DNA from: a virus
DNA: 64,000 nt
Direction: 5' to 3' (one strand)
IMG/VR virus record: IMGVR_UViG_3300028829_002760
Location: 45,935 to 109,934 of that record
Under the pieces are notes generated by a model. It had not been told where the DNA came from and did not search any database. It saw only the letters and a list, made by a program, of their open reading frames with translations. The translations under genes were made by a program, and so were the position numbers. This document shows positions 1-8,020 of this stretch, one piece after another (position 1 is the stretch's first letter; each line of letters starts with the position of its first letter).

Positions 1-95
1 TTCATTGTTAGCTATATATTATTAAATATTATTTATTTAGTTTAAATGTTTTGCTTTAAATGTTTTATTTTTATCTAAATATTTATTTACCTAAA

Positions 96-350
96 ATGTT
101 GTATCAACTTCCAAGTGGAAAAGTAGTTTATTTAAGTGTAGAAGAATTTCTAGACTTAACAGATGAAGATGAGCAATATTTAATGTCTTTAGACTATGGT
201 GATTATATAGTAAATCCTTTTAGTGGATCTGCAATACAAAAAAATACTAAAGAAAAGTATTATGATTTTGGGTATATAAACCCAGATGATACAGAAGATA
301 ATATGTCAGATAAAGGTGACATAGATTTCCAGAATGATATGGATACATAG
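96..350 (+). CDS. Hypothetical phage protein with acidic C-terminus
   Basis: ORF track gives 60..350; the ATG at 96 (MLYQLPSGK...) follows an A-rich run and is the more likely start. Confidence 0.6.
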   Translation: MLYQLPSGKVVYLSVEEFLDLTDEDEQYLMSLDYGDYIVNPFSGSAIQKNTKEKYYDFGYINPDDTEDNMSDKGDIDFQNDMDT

Positions 351-458
351 TTTATAGTTGCAAATATAAACTATCACTTATTCTTAAATGAGTTGCTAAG
401 AATAGAGTACAGAGAACTCAAACAATCAATTATTTATTTATTTATTAAAAATTAAGTT
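347..458 (+). promoter_or_regulatory. Structured 5' leader: hairpin, putative H-type pseudoknot, then unstructured AT-rich tract
   Basis: Inverted repeat 347-356/365-374; stem 379-386/397-404; loop TGAGTT (389-394) complementary to AACTCA (415-420); TATT repeats before ATG 459. Confidence 0.45.
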
Positions 459-944
459 ATGAACTCAAAAATCACAGTATTAGCTGATGAGGCAACAGGA
501 ACTGTTGTAAATGTATCACAAAACAACCCTGATTACGGATATATCCGTGTTCAGCAAATTAGAACCATGATTGATGATAATGGTTTCTTACGTAGAAAAC
601 CAGTATCTGCATTAATCCCAGGAACTGTTGATGAATTAAAAGCAACAGGTTTCTTTGCCAATCAACAATTAGATGGTAAAATAGTAGTGGAAGAATCATT
701 AGAGCCATTTAATGATAAAGAACCTACTAGAGATCTTAAAGTTGCTGGTGAAACTGGTATTGTATGTACTTTAGGAGGATTACCAATCTACCGAAGAACA
801 AAAATGAGCTTTGATGGTACATCTGCTGATACTTTAGTTAAGCACGATAACATTGAAGAATTGCGTCAAGCATATCAAAATGCTTCTAAAGCAAATTCAG
901 ATGTTTTGAAAGAAGCTGGTAAGAATACAGAATTTAGTGTATAA
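459..944 (+). CDS. Phage protein, possible single-stranded DNA-binding protein
   Basis: 161 aa, beta-rich, has its own leader and terminator. SSB function is an inference. Confidence 0.45.
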   Translation: MNSKITVLADEATGTVVNVSQNNPDYGYIRVQQIRTMIDDNGFLRRKPVSALIPGTVDELKATGFFANQQLDGKIVVEESLEPFNDKEPTRDLKVAGETGIVCTLGGLPIYRRTKMSFDGTSADTLVKHDNIEELRQAYQNASKANSDVLKEAGKNTEFSV

Positions 945-968
945 TCACTAATTCTTTATGAGAAGGTT

Positions 969-995
969 AAAAGGGGGATGTAATGTCCCCCTTTT
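969..995 (+). terminator. Rho-independent terminator
   Basis: AAAAGGGGGA-TGTAATG-TCCCCCTTTT hairpin with T tract after ORF 459..944. Confidence 0.85.
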
Positions 996-1017
996 ATTAT
1001 TTATGAATTAAAATTGT

Positions 1018-1509
1018 ATGATTAAAATGGGAAATTTACAAGAGCAGATTAAAAAATATCAATTGCAAAAAGGTAAAACTTATATGCAATATGAACAAGA
1101 CAAGTATTCTAAATATCAAAATTATTTGTATAAAAGAGCTTTATATGGAATTAACAGTCTTTCTAAAGAAGAAGTGACTAAAATGTGTGAAAGAAAAAAG
1201 AGAAGAATTAATAGTGTTCATTATAGAGCACAAGGTGTACTTAACATTGCAAAGCAAAAAATTAGTATTAACTACACAAACAAGTTCTTTAAAACTTTTT
1301 TTCCAGATTCTAATATTACAAATGATATTATATCGTATAACGAAGTTGATAAAAACTTCAAAAACAAGTTAACTTTTAAAGATTTAAACTTGTCAAAAGA
1401 CGATATAATTAGTATATTTATTGGTGAAGGAATACTACCAAAAAACTTTTTAAGTTTAAAAGATCAACCTATAAGTTTACCAAGTTTAAAAAATGAAAGT
1501 AAAGCTTAA
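1018..1509 (+). CDS. Hypothetical basic protein
   Basis: 163-aa ORF overlapping the next gene. Confidence 0.7.
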   Translation: MIKMGNLQEQIKKYQLQKGKTYMQYEQDKYSKYQNYLYKRALYGINSLSKEEVTKMCERKKRRINSVHYRAQGVLNIAKQKISINYTNKFFKTFFPDSNITNDIISYNEVDKNFKNKLTFKDLNLSKDDIISIFIGEGILPKNFLSLKDQPISLPSLKNESKA

Positions 1510-1903
1510 AGAATGTGATGGTTGTCAAAAGATGACTGTCATATGGAAGAACCATGAGGGATTTAGATACTGTAAGTATTGCTGGAGTTGCCATTCTAGT
1601 AACAAAAAGTCACAGAAACCAATTAAATCTGTTACCAGAATCCCTCGGGTTTCTTCTAAAAGGAAGAAGAAAGATCAAGAATATCTTAGATTAAGAGAGA
1701 AATATTTAAAAAAAAATCACTTATGTACTGTAAATGTTAAAGGTTGTGCCAATGGTGCAACTGATATACATCATACATATGCTGGTAGTAATAGAGAAGC
1801 ATTTTATTTAGTTCAAAGCACCTGGTTACCAGTGTGTAGGAATTGTCATGATTGGATTCATGCAAATCCTAAAGATGCTAGAATTATGAAATGGTTAAAA
1901 TAG
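1493..1903 (+). CDS. HNH endonuclease with zinc-binding motifs (NinG/Rap-like)
   Basis: N-terminal CDGC/CKYC; C-terminal C...C..DIHH...VCRNCHDWIH HNH-type pattern. Confidence 0.7.
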   Translation: MKVKLKECDGCQKMTVIWKNHEGFRYCKYCWSCHSSNKKSQKPIKSVTRIPRVSSKRKKKDQEYLRLREKYLKKNHLCTVNVKGCANGATDIHHTYAGSNREAFYLVQSTWLPVCRNCHDWIHANPKDARIMKWLK

Positions 1904-1909
1904 ATTATT

Positions 1910-3007
1910 ATGACAAAAGACGAAGTACAAATAAAAGCCCTTAAAGCAACAGATAATAAACAAAGATGTGGAATAGTATTAGGTACTGGTGTTGGTAAAA
2001 CTTTAGTAGGACTTAATCACATTGAAAACAATACTACATCTTTAATGAAGTGTTTAATTGTAGCACCCAAAAAGTCAATAATCCAATCTTGGATAGATGA
2101 AGCGGGTAAATTTAATAAAGAACACTTACTAAAAAGAATGACATTTAGTACTTATTTAAGTATTAATAAACATGATCCAAATAATTATGATGCTGTTTAC
2201 TTAGATGAATGTCATAGCTTATTAGATAATCATAGAGGGTTTTTACAACTCTACAAAGGTAAAATACTTGGTTTAACTGGTACACCACCTAAAAGAATTT
2301 ATTCTGAAAAAGGTAAGTTAGTTAATGAATTTTGCCCTATAGTATTTACTTTCAAAGCAGATGATGCTATTGAAAATAATATACTTAATGATTATCAAAT
2401 CATTGTACACCAAATAAATCTATCATCAGAAAAGAATTATTGTGTTAAAATGAAAAACAGAAAATCTTGGATGACTACTGAAGAACAAAATTATACTTAT
2501 TGGTCACGAAGAATTGATGTTGGATCGGGAAATATGCATATGCTCAGAGTAATGAGAATGAAAGCAATGATGGAGTATCCAAGTAAAGAAAAATATACTA
2601 AAATTTTACTTAGGAATATTCCTACAAAATGTATTGTATTTGCAAATACTCAAGAACAAGCTGATAAATTATGTAGTCATAGTTATCACAGTAATAATTC
2701 TGATTCAGAAGAAAATCTTATTGCATTTAAGGAAGATAAAATAGATAAATTATCTTGTGTATTACAATTAAGTGAAGGTGTAAACATCCCAAATCTTAAG
2801 CAAGGTATTATTTTACATTCATATGGTAATGAGAGAAAAGCAAGTCAAAGGATTGGTAGACTTCTAAGATTAAACCCTAATGATAAAGCTATTGTGCATA
2901 TATTATGTTATATGAATACAATAGATGAAAAATGGGTTAAAGATGCCTTAGAAGGGTTTGACCAGTCTAAAATTTTATGGAAAGATTATAAGGTAGGCTT
3001 AAGCTAA
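1910..3007 (+). CDS. Superfamily 2 (DExH) helicase
   Basis: Motif I GTGVGKT, II LDECH, III GLTGT, V LSEGVNIP, VI QRIGR. Confidence 0.9.
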   Translation: MTKDEVQIKALKATDNKQRCGIVLGTGVGKTLVGLNHIENNTTSLMKCLIVAPKKSIIQSWIDEAGKFNKEHLLKRMTFSTYLSINKHDPNNYDAVYLDECHSLLDNHRGFLQLYKGKILGLTGTPPKRIYSEKGKLVNEFCPIVFTFKADDAIENNILNDYQIIVHQINLSSEKNYCVKMKNRKSWMTTEEQNYTYWSRRIDVGSGNMHMLRVMRMKAMMEYPSKEKYTKILLRNIPTKCIVFANTQEQADKLCSHSYHSNNSDSEENLIAFKEDKIDKLSCVLQLSEGVNIPNLKQGIILHSYGNERKASQRIGRLLRLNPNDKAIVHILCYMNTIDEKWVKDALEGFDQSKILWKDYKVGLS

Positions 3008-3035
3008 CCTTATAATTTTTTATTATATTATAGTA
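2985..3035 (+). promoter_or_regulatory. Hairpin plus T/AT-rich tract (possible terminator and/or promoter)
   Basis: Perfect 10-bp inverted repeat ATTATAAGGT/ACCTTATAAT (2985-2994/3007-3016) followed by TTTTTATTATATTATAGT. Confidence 0.4.
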
Positions 3036-3036
3036 T

Positions 3037-3291
3037 ATGATTAATGAAAAAACACACAAATTAGTATTATTTAATGATGACATGCATGATTTTGCATATG
3101 TTACAGCATCTTTAATAAAATACTGTGATCATACAAATTTACAAGCCGAACAATGCGTAGTTATAGCAGATGGAGTTGGTAATTGTACAGTTAAAGAAGG
3201 TAGTTTTTTAGATATGATGGAAATTAAAACCAGTCTAGAAAGATTAGAATTGATAACAGAAATTGAAGATCATGAAAGTTATATGTATTAA
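3037..3291 (+). CDS. clpS: ClpS-like N-degron adaptor protein
   Basis: HKLVLFNDDMHDFAYVTASLIKYCDHT..QAEQC...G.CTVKEG closely follows the Bacteroidota ClpS pattern. Confidence 0.8.
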   Translation: MINEKTHKLVLFNDDMHDFAYVTASLIKYCDHTNLQAEQCVVIADGVGNCTVKEGSFLDMMEIKTSLERLELITEIEDHESYMY

Positions 3292-3580
3292 TTCACAAGG
3301 TAAACCTGATAATATATCATTTAATGAATGGATCCAAGAAGGTGCCGTTTATACAGTATATCAAATAGATAAAATGGGTTTACAACATGGTAAAATAGGT
3401 TTTAAATTAGAAGAAATAGAACTCACAGATGAATCATTTCCTTATGAGTTTTATGATGCTGAAAGATTTAAACCTGTCACTCCCGAAATTTTAGAAACAC
3501 TAAAACAAATGTTTGACTCTTTAACAGAATTAGAACAAACTGATTTTGGAGAAGAAGATGCAGATTTAAATAAAATATGA
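3272..3580 (+). CDS. Hypothetical protein
   Basis: ORF track 3263..3580; MKVICIN at 3272 is the likely start; acidic tail. Confidence 0.65.
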   Translation: MKVICINSQGKPDNISFNEWIQEGAVYTVYQIDKMGLQHGKIGFKLEEIELTDESFPYEFYDAERFKPVTPEILETLKQMFDSLTELEQTDFGEEDADLNKI

Positions 3581-4026
3581 GAGATTATACTATTGAAGAA
3601 GTAGTTAAATCTTTATCAGAAATCAAGAAAAAATCCAGAAAAAGAGTATTAGTAGACCAAAGAAGTTATTTAATTGGCATTCTTGTACACAGATTTCGTC
3701 TTACAGAACATAATGTAGCTAGATTAACTGGTTATAATAGAGATACAATCCATTATAATAAAAAATTACCTATAAGATTGTGTTCTGATTCTATATATAA
3801 ATCAAACGTATGTATTTTTGCAAATTTATATCCGTTTGATTTTGAAATATATTCAAAAACTCTAGAAGAAGAGAAAGAATTAAAAAAAAATATAAGTGTA
3901 TCTCTAGTAATAGATGCTAAAACTTATAAAAGACTAAAATCTGCTGGATGGTTGAGAGGACATAAAGATGTAAGAACTACAATTAAACAATTAATTGATA
4001 AAACATTAAGAGTATGGGACGAATGA
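3577..4026 (+). CDS. DNA-binding protein with DnaA domain IV-like HTH and possible C-terminal ribbon-helix-helix
   Basis: SRKRVLVDQRSYLIGIL...LTEHNVARLTGYNRDTIHY resembles the DnaA C-terminal domain; SVSLVIDAKTYKRLK...VRTTIKQLID is RHH-like. Confidence 0.5.
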   Translation: MRDYTIEEVVKSLSEIKKKSRKRVLVDQRSYLIGILVHRFRLTEHNVARLTGYNRDTIHYNKKLPIRLCSDSIYKSNVCIFANLYPFDFEIYSKTLEEEKELKKNISVSLVIDAKTYKRLKSAGWLRGHKDVRTTIKQLIDKTLRVWDE

Positions 4027-4271
4027 AAGAATTGTATATAAAAATATTAGAAGCAAATAATGATAAATTACCATATAATTTGACCTTATCAGATGTTTCT
4101 AAAATGAAAGAATTAGATATTTACGAATGGTATGCATATAATAAAGCTATTTCTAAAGAAAGTAGTTTTCATATAAAAGACAAATTTGAAGTTTATATAA
4201 ATGAAGATTCAATAAAAATTAGAAAAGATCATGAATCTAATTTAAGAAGAAAAAATGAGTCTGGTTACTAA
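4014..4271 (+). CDS. Hypothetical protein
   Basis: 85-aa ORF overlapping both neighbours. Confidence 0.6.
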   Translation: MGRMKELYIKILEANNDKLPYNLTLSDVSKMKELDIYEWYAYNKAISKESSFHIKDKFEVYINEDSIKIRKDHESNLRRKNESGY

Positions 4272-5121
4272 AGTTACCAGAAAGTCTATGGTAATTAGAC
4301 CTTCTGGTAGATCTACAGATTTTATTTCACCAAGTTTTGGACACGGCTGTCTTTACAATTGTAACTACTGTTATATGAAAAGACACAAACCTGAAGGATT
4401 AAACATAGCAAAGAATTATACAGATATATTATCTGAAATAAATTCACATGCTACTTTTGATACTACAGAAAAACCTAATCAAACTCATGATGAGTATATT
4501 ACTTATGATATAAGTTGTAATGAAGATTTTGCATTACATTCTAAATATCATAAATGGAAAAAAATATTTGATTTTTTCCTAGAACACCCTAAAGCAATGG
4601 GATCATTTGCAACAAAGTATGTTAATAAAGACTTTCTTAATTATGATCCTAAAGGTAAAATTAGAGTTAGGTTCAGTCTTATGCCTGAAAAATGGAGAAA
4701 GATATTAGAGCCAAATACATCTACTACATTTGATAGAATTATGGCAATTGACTATTTTATAGAAGCTGGTTATGATGTTCATATAAACTTTAGTCCTGTT
4801 ATAGTAAATAATGATTGGTTAAAAGAATACAAAGTTTTATTTGAAAACATTAATTATTCTGTAAATAATAAATACAAAGACAGAGTAAAAGCTGAAGTAA
4901 TATTTCTTACTCATAATGAAAGTAGACACAAATATAATTTAGATAATAAATTACCTGGAGAAGATTTAATTTGGGATCCTGAAATACAGGAAACTAAAAA
5001 ATCTCAATATGGTGGGAAAAATTTAAGATACAAACATGATTTCAAAGCAGAGTATATTAAACAATGGACAGAGGTTCATAATAATATTATACCCTGGAAT
5101 ACAATAAGATATATATTTTAG
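4255..5121 (+). CDS. splB: Spore photoproduct lyase-family radical SAM protein
   Basis: GCLYNCNYCYM CxxxCxxC motif; DISCNED (Cys matching the SplB catalytic Cys region); FATKYVN, RVRFSLMP, EPNTS, GYDVHINFSPVI. Confidence 0.8.
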   Translation: MSLVTKVTRKSMVIRPSGRSTDFISPSFGHGCLYNCNYCYMKRHKPEGLNIAKNYTDILSEINSHATFDTTEKPNQTHDEYITYDISCNEDFALHSKYHKWKKIFDFFLEHPKAMGSFATKYVNKDFLNYDPKGKIRVRFSLMPEKWRKILEPNTSTTFDRIMAIDYFIEAGYDVHINFSPVIVNNDWLKEYKVLFENINYSVNNKYKDRVKAEVIFLTHNESRHKYNLDNKLPGEDLIWDPEIQETKKSQYGGKNLRYKHDFKAEYIKQWTEVHNNIIPWNTIRYIF

Positions 5122-5123
5122 TT

Positions 5124-5522
5124 ATGATAACACATTTTAAAGACAAACAATTAAAAAAACTTGTAGAAGATATAGCAAAAGAACATTATGATATAACTAG
5201 TGATTTAGGTTTATCTAATTTATCATATTTATGGTTTATGTACGCTAATGGATCTAAGAAAGGTGATTTTAAACCTTTTATATTTTTAGCCGAAGTTAAT
5301 TTATTAGTTAGATTAAATTATCTAGATAATGAAGAAAAAAGAAACATAATAGGGTTAATGGTTAGTTCTGATGAAGATAACATATACATAGCAGGCTTAT
5401 CTATCCTTGAATTAAGGAAACAAAGAATAAAAGATTTGGGAAAATATACTAAAGATAATAAACACTATGAGTTAGTAGATTATCATAAAGAAGTAATAAA
5501 TACTGATGATTTTAAACATTAA
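5124..5522 (+). CDS. Hypothetical protein
   Basis: 132-aa ORF; contains the S-x-D-x-x-N-x-x-x-A helical motif shared with two other ORFs. Confidence 0.7.
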   Translation: MITHFKDKQLKKLVEDIAKEHYDITSDLGLSNLSYLWFMYANGSKKGDFKPFIFLAEVNLLVRLNYLDNEEKRNIIGLMVSSDEDNIYIAGLSILELRKQRIKDLGKYTKDNKHYELVDYHKEVINTDDFKH

Positions 5523-5549
5523 TAATAAAAATTATAATCTAAAATAAAA

Positions 5550-5636
5550 ATGAGTAAAAAACTATACATAAAAAGAAGATGGATAAGACATCTAATAAAA
5601 GTAAGTAATAAACTCAGTTTTAGATCAAAATTATAA
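5550..5636 (+). CDS. Small basic hypothetical protein (28 aa)
   Basis: Hand-translated MSKKLYIKRRWIRHLIKVSNKLSFRSKL; A-rich upstream; fills the gap. Confidence 0.3.
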   Translation: MSKKLYIKRRWIRHLIKVSNKLSFRSKL

Positions 5637-5648
5637 AAAAGTTAAAAT

Positions 5649-5762
5649 ATGGATAAACCTTGTTACAGTTGTCATGTTATAAAAGACACATCAGACATGG
5701 AAGAACTTGGAGTATGGGTGTGTAAAGATTGTTTAAAGAAAAAAAAGACAAAAAGTAAATGA
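5649..5762 (+). CDS. Small zinc-finger protein (37 aa)
   Basis: Hand-translated MDKPCYSCHVIKDTSDMEELGVWVCKDCLKKKKTKSK; two CxxC; ATGA overlap with the next ORF. Confidence 0.6.
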   Translation: MDKPCYSCHVIKDTSDMEELGVWVCKDCLKKKKTKSK

Positions 5763-5950
5763 GCAAGGGTAGAAAAAAAGGTAGTAAAAATAATGTAAGG
5801 AATGCTTCTAAAATAATTAAGAACTCTAAAACTAAGAAAATAGATAAAGAAAAAATTAAAAAGTTAATAGAGTTAGCAAATGCTATTATTATTCCAGCAT
5901 CTGAAATCTTACCTGAAACTTATAAAAAAAATATAAAATATGAGAGATAA
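5759..5950 (+). CDS. Small basic protein with AT-hook-like GRKKGSKN motif
   Basis: 63-aa Lys-rich ORF. Confidence 0.55.
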   Translation: MSKGRKKGSKNNVRNASKIIKNSKTKKIDKEKIKKLIELANAIIIPASEILPETYKKNIKYER

Positions 5951-6275
5951 ACTAATCATTATAATAGAAAAACATGGTCTATGGTTCTTTGCTTTATGGT
6001 GTGTATTTTTAGTAATTGCTTTAACGAGTTGTTCAGAAAGATTTCAAAATTCAGATCAAAGATTAGAGAAAAGAAATAATGCTGAGGTAATTAATGCAAA
6101 GATTTATAAAACTGAGATTCATTCAGACATTATAGAAACATTTGAAATGGATGGCTATAAAGTTATATTATGGCATAACGGATATGGTAGTGATATGGAA
6201 GTTATTCCAATTGAAAATTCTACAATTAATAGTAATTGCTTTAACAAGCTAAACCAAAACAAAGATGGTGAGTAA
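5940..6275 (+). CDS. Putative lipoprotein
   Basis: Hydrophobic stretch WFFALWCVFLVIA followed by lipobox-like LTSC. Confidence 0.6.
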   Translation: MRDKLIIIIEKHGLWFFALWCVFLVIALTSCSERFQNSDQRLEKRNNAEVINAKIYKTEIHSDIIETFEMDGYKVILWHNGYGSDMEVIPIENSTINSNCFNKLNQNKDGE

Positions 6276-6657
6276 AGAATTTATACCATATGAAGAAGCA
6301 TTAGCTTTGAAAGAGTTAGGATTTAATGAAAAAGAATGTTTGGGATTTTGGAGTAAAATTCACGGGTTGTTCATTACCAAAACAACAGGTGAGTTAAATG
6401 AAAATGCTGGTGAATGTAAAGCACCACTATACCAACAAGCATTTAGATGGTTTAGAGAAAAACATAGTCTATTTCATGTTATCACAATAGCAGATCTTGG
6501 AAAATATGAGACAGGTGATCCTGACTTTCAGTGTGCTATTTATAGTAAAGATCCTGTAGTAATTACAAATATAGATACTTGTAATACATATGAAGAAGCA
6601 GAACTTGAATGTCTTAGAAAACTAATTGAAATTGTAAACCAAAACAAAGATGGGTAA
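6265..6657 (+). CDS. Hypothetical phage protein
   Basis: 130 aa, KEFIPYEEALALKELGF...APLYQQAFRWFREK; bounded by junction repeats. Confidence 0.75.
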   Translation: MVSKEFIPYEEALALKELGFNEKECLGFWSKIHGLFITKTTGELNENAGECKAPLYQQAFRWFREKHSLFHVITIADLGKYETGDPDFQCAIYSKDPVVITNIDTCNTYEEAELECLRKLIEIVNQNKDG

Positions 6658-7063
6658 AGAAACATTATTAGAGTTTAGATTAAGATTAAATAAAGACGTA
6701 CCAGCGTATCACCAAAAGGGTTATGAAGATACTTTCTATATTAGTATTGAAAGTTTAGCAAGAGTACCAATAGATAACCACTGGGATATTATTAGTGTGA
6801 TGGGTAAACTAATTCTAAAAAGAAAATTAAAAAATTTGTATATAGAAATCCAAAATTACAAGGGGTATGATTGTGGGCATAAAATGATGTTAATTATTAG
6901 TAGTGACTACTATAATTTAGTAAAGTCATTTAATGACGTAGCAGATAAACTGTCTAAAATGGATAAAGACTGTCCTAAATTTAGATTTGAATTAGAAGAT
7001 AGAACTGCTGATATTGATGAAGATATGCCAGGAGAATTTGTAAAAATAAAAGAAGATGAGTAA
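6650..7063 (+). CDS. Hypothetical protein
   Basis: 137-aa ORF starting in a junction repeat. Confidence 0.7.
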   Translation: MGKETLLEFRLRLNKDVPAYHQKGYEDTFYISIESLARVPIDNHWDIISVMGKLILKRKLKNLYIEIQNYKGYDCGHKMMLIISSDYYNLVKSFNDVADKLSKMDKDCPKFRFELEDRTADIDEDMPGEFVKIKEDE

Positions 7064-7199
7064 ATTATATTTAACAGCAAATAAAGAAGAGTTATTAAAA
7101 AAATATCCTAAAATGACACTTAAAGAATTGTATAAAAATAAAATGATACAGGATAAACCATTTATAGAACAAACAGGTAAACCAATAAAACCAAAATAA
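7056..7199 (+). CDS. Small hypothetical protein (47 aa)
   Basis: Hand-translated MSKLYLTANKEELLKKYPKM...GKPIKPK; ends within a junction repeat. Confidence 0.55.
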   Translation: MSKLYLTANKEELLKKYPKMTLKELYKNKMIQDKPFIEQTGKPIKPK

Positions 7200-7201
7200 A
7201 G

Positions 7202-7321
7202 ATGAGTGAATTAATAAGTCTTTGTTGTAATGAGGAATTAATTTTAGTTGCATCTATTGATACAAGAAGATTATATAAATGTAGTAAATGCAAAAACTAC
7301 ACAAAACCAAAACAAAGATGA
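7202..7321 (+). CDS. Small Cys-containing protein (39 aa)
   Basis: Hand-translated MSELISLCCNEE...YKCSKCKNYTKPKQR; bounded by two junction repeats. Confidence 0.6.
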   Translation: MSELISLCCNEELILVASIDTRRLYKCSKCKNYTKPKQR

Positions 7322-7401
7322 CTGAATATAAAACAGTATTTAAATTTAACATATTGGGTTATAAAATAAGGATCTATAAAAAAAGATATAAAGATGGCTG
7401 A
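7318..7401 (+). CDS. Small hypothetical protein (27 aa)
   Basis: Hand-translated MTEYKTVFKFNILGYKIRIYKKRYKDG; starts in a junction repeat and overlaps ATG 7394. Confidence 0.45.
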   Translation: MTEYKTVFKFNILGYKIRIYKKRYKDG

Positions 7402-7744
7402 TAAAGATGTTATAAAAATGTGGACTGATAAAGACATGTTAGATTTTGCACGTATTTCTACTGAAGGTCCTTACGGTGACTATAGTGGTTGCAGAACAAT
7501 AGAAAGTAAGTTAAGTAGGTATAAAAAAATACAGAAAGAAATGATTAACAGTGGTAAAGAATGGAATTGGATGGATAATTATCCTAATAACTATCTTAAG
7601 TTAAAAAAAGAAAAAAAAGAAAAGGAGATAGTTGAACTAGCAGAAGAGATTAGTTTTAGACTATTAGCTACAAAAAAACATCCAGAACATAAATGGCTAA
7701 TTAAAAAATTAAGTAAGGTTATTAAATCATTAGAAGATAAATAG
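7394..7744 (+). CDS. Hypothetical protein
   Basis: 116-aa ORF. Confidence 0.65.
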   Translation: MADKDVIKMWTDKDMLDFARISTEGPYGDYSGCRTIESKLSRYKKIQKEMINSGKEWNWMDNYPNNYLKLKKEKKEKEIVELAEEISFRLLATKKHPEHKWLIKKLSKVIKSLEDK

Positions 7745-7833
7745 AAGAACACAAAGAAAAAAAGCTTACTTATTTGCTTGCATTAGTTTATTTTTGAAGA
7801 TTATTATAATGTATTTAATTTTAACTAGATAGT

Positions 7834-8010
7834 ATGGATGAAATAAAAATAGAAATTCAAATTAAACAATTAAAAAGTAAACTAACAGGAAATTTACTTA
7901 TTGACTCAGAAATTCATCAAGAAATTTATGAGCTAAAGAAAATTTTAAATCCTAAAATTGTTGAACAACCCGAGCTAGATGATGATGAATGTCTTTCATG
8001 TGGTTCATAA
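7834..8010 (+). CDS. Small protein (58 aa) ending in DDECLSCGS
   Basis: Hand-translated MDEIKIEIQIKQLKSKLTGNLLIDSEIHQEIYELKKILNPKIVEQPELDDDECLSCGS; not in the ORF track. Confidence 0.7.
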   Translation: MDEIKIEIQIKQLKSKLTGNLLIDSEIHQEIYELKKILNPKIVEQPELDDDECLSCGS

Positions 8011-8020
8011 TATTTAAAGT

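Larger units (their letters stand above)
6251..7320 (+). repeat. Dispersed 17-bp gene-junction repeat AAACCAAAA(C/T)AAAGATG
   Basis: Copies at 6251-6267, 6636-6652, 7188-7204 and 7304-7320, each ending in the ATG of the next ORF; degenerate AAGATG junctions at ATG 7056 and 7394. Confidence 0.85.

Noticed and set aside
6251-7320. Junction repeat as a CRISPR array or integron attC sites
   Set aside because: Spacing is irregular (116-552 bp), the intervening DNA is whole ORFs, and the repeat is not palindromic.
7771-7810. Bacteroidota housekeeping promoter (TTTG...TAnnTTTG)
   Set aside because: A -7-like element is present at 7789-7796, but the nearest TTTG is only 12 bp away, and such matches are frequent in AT-rich DNA.
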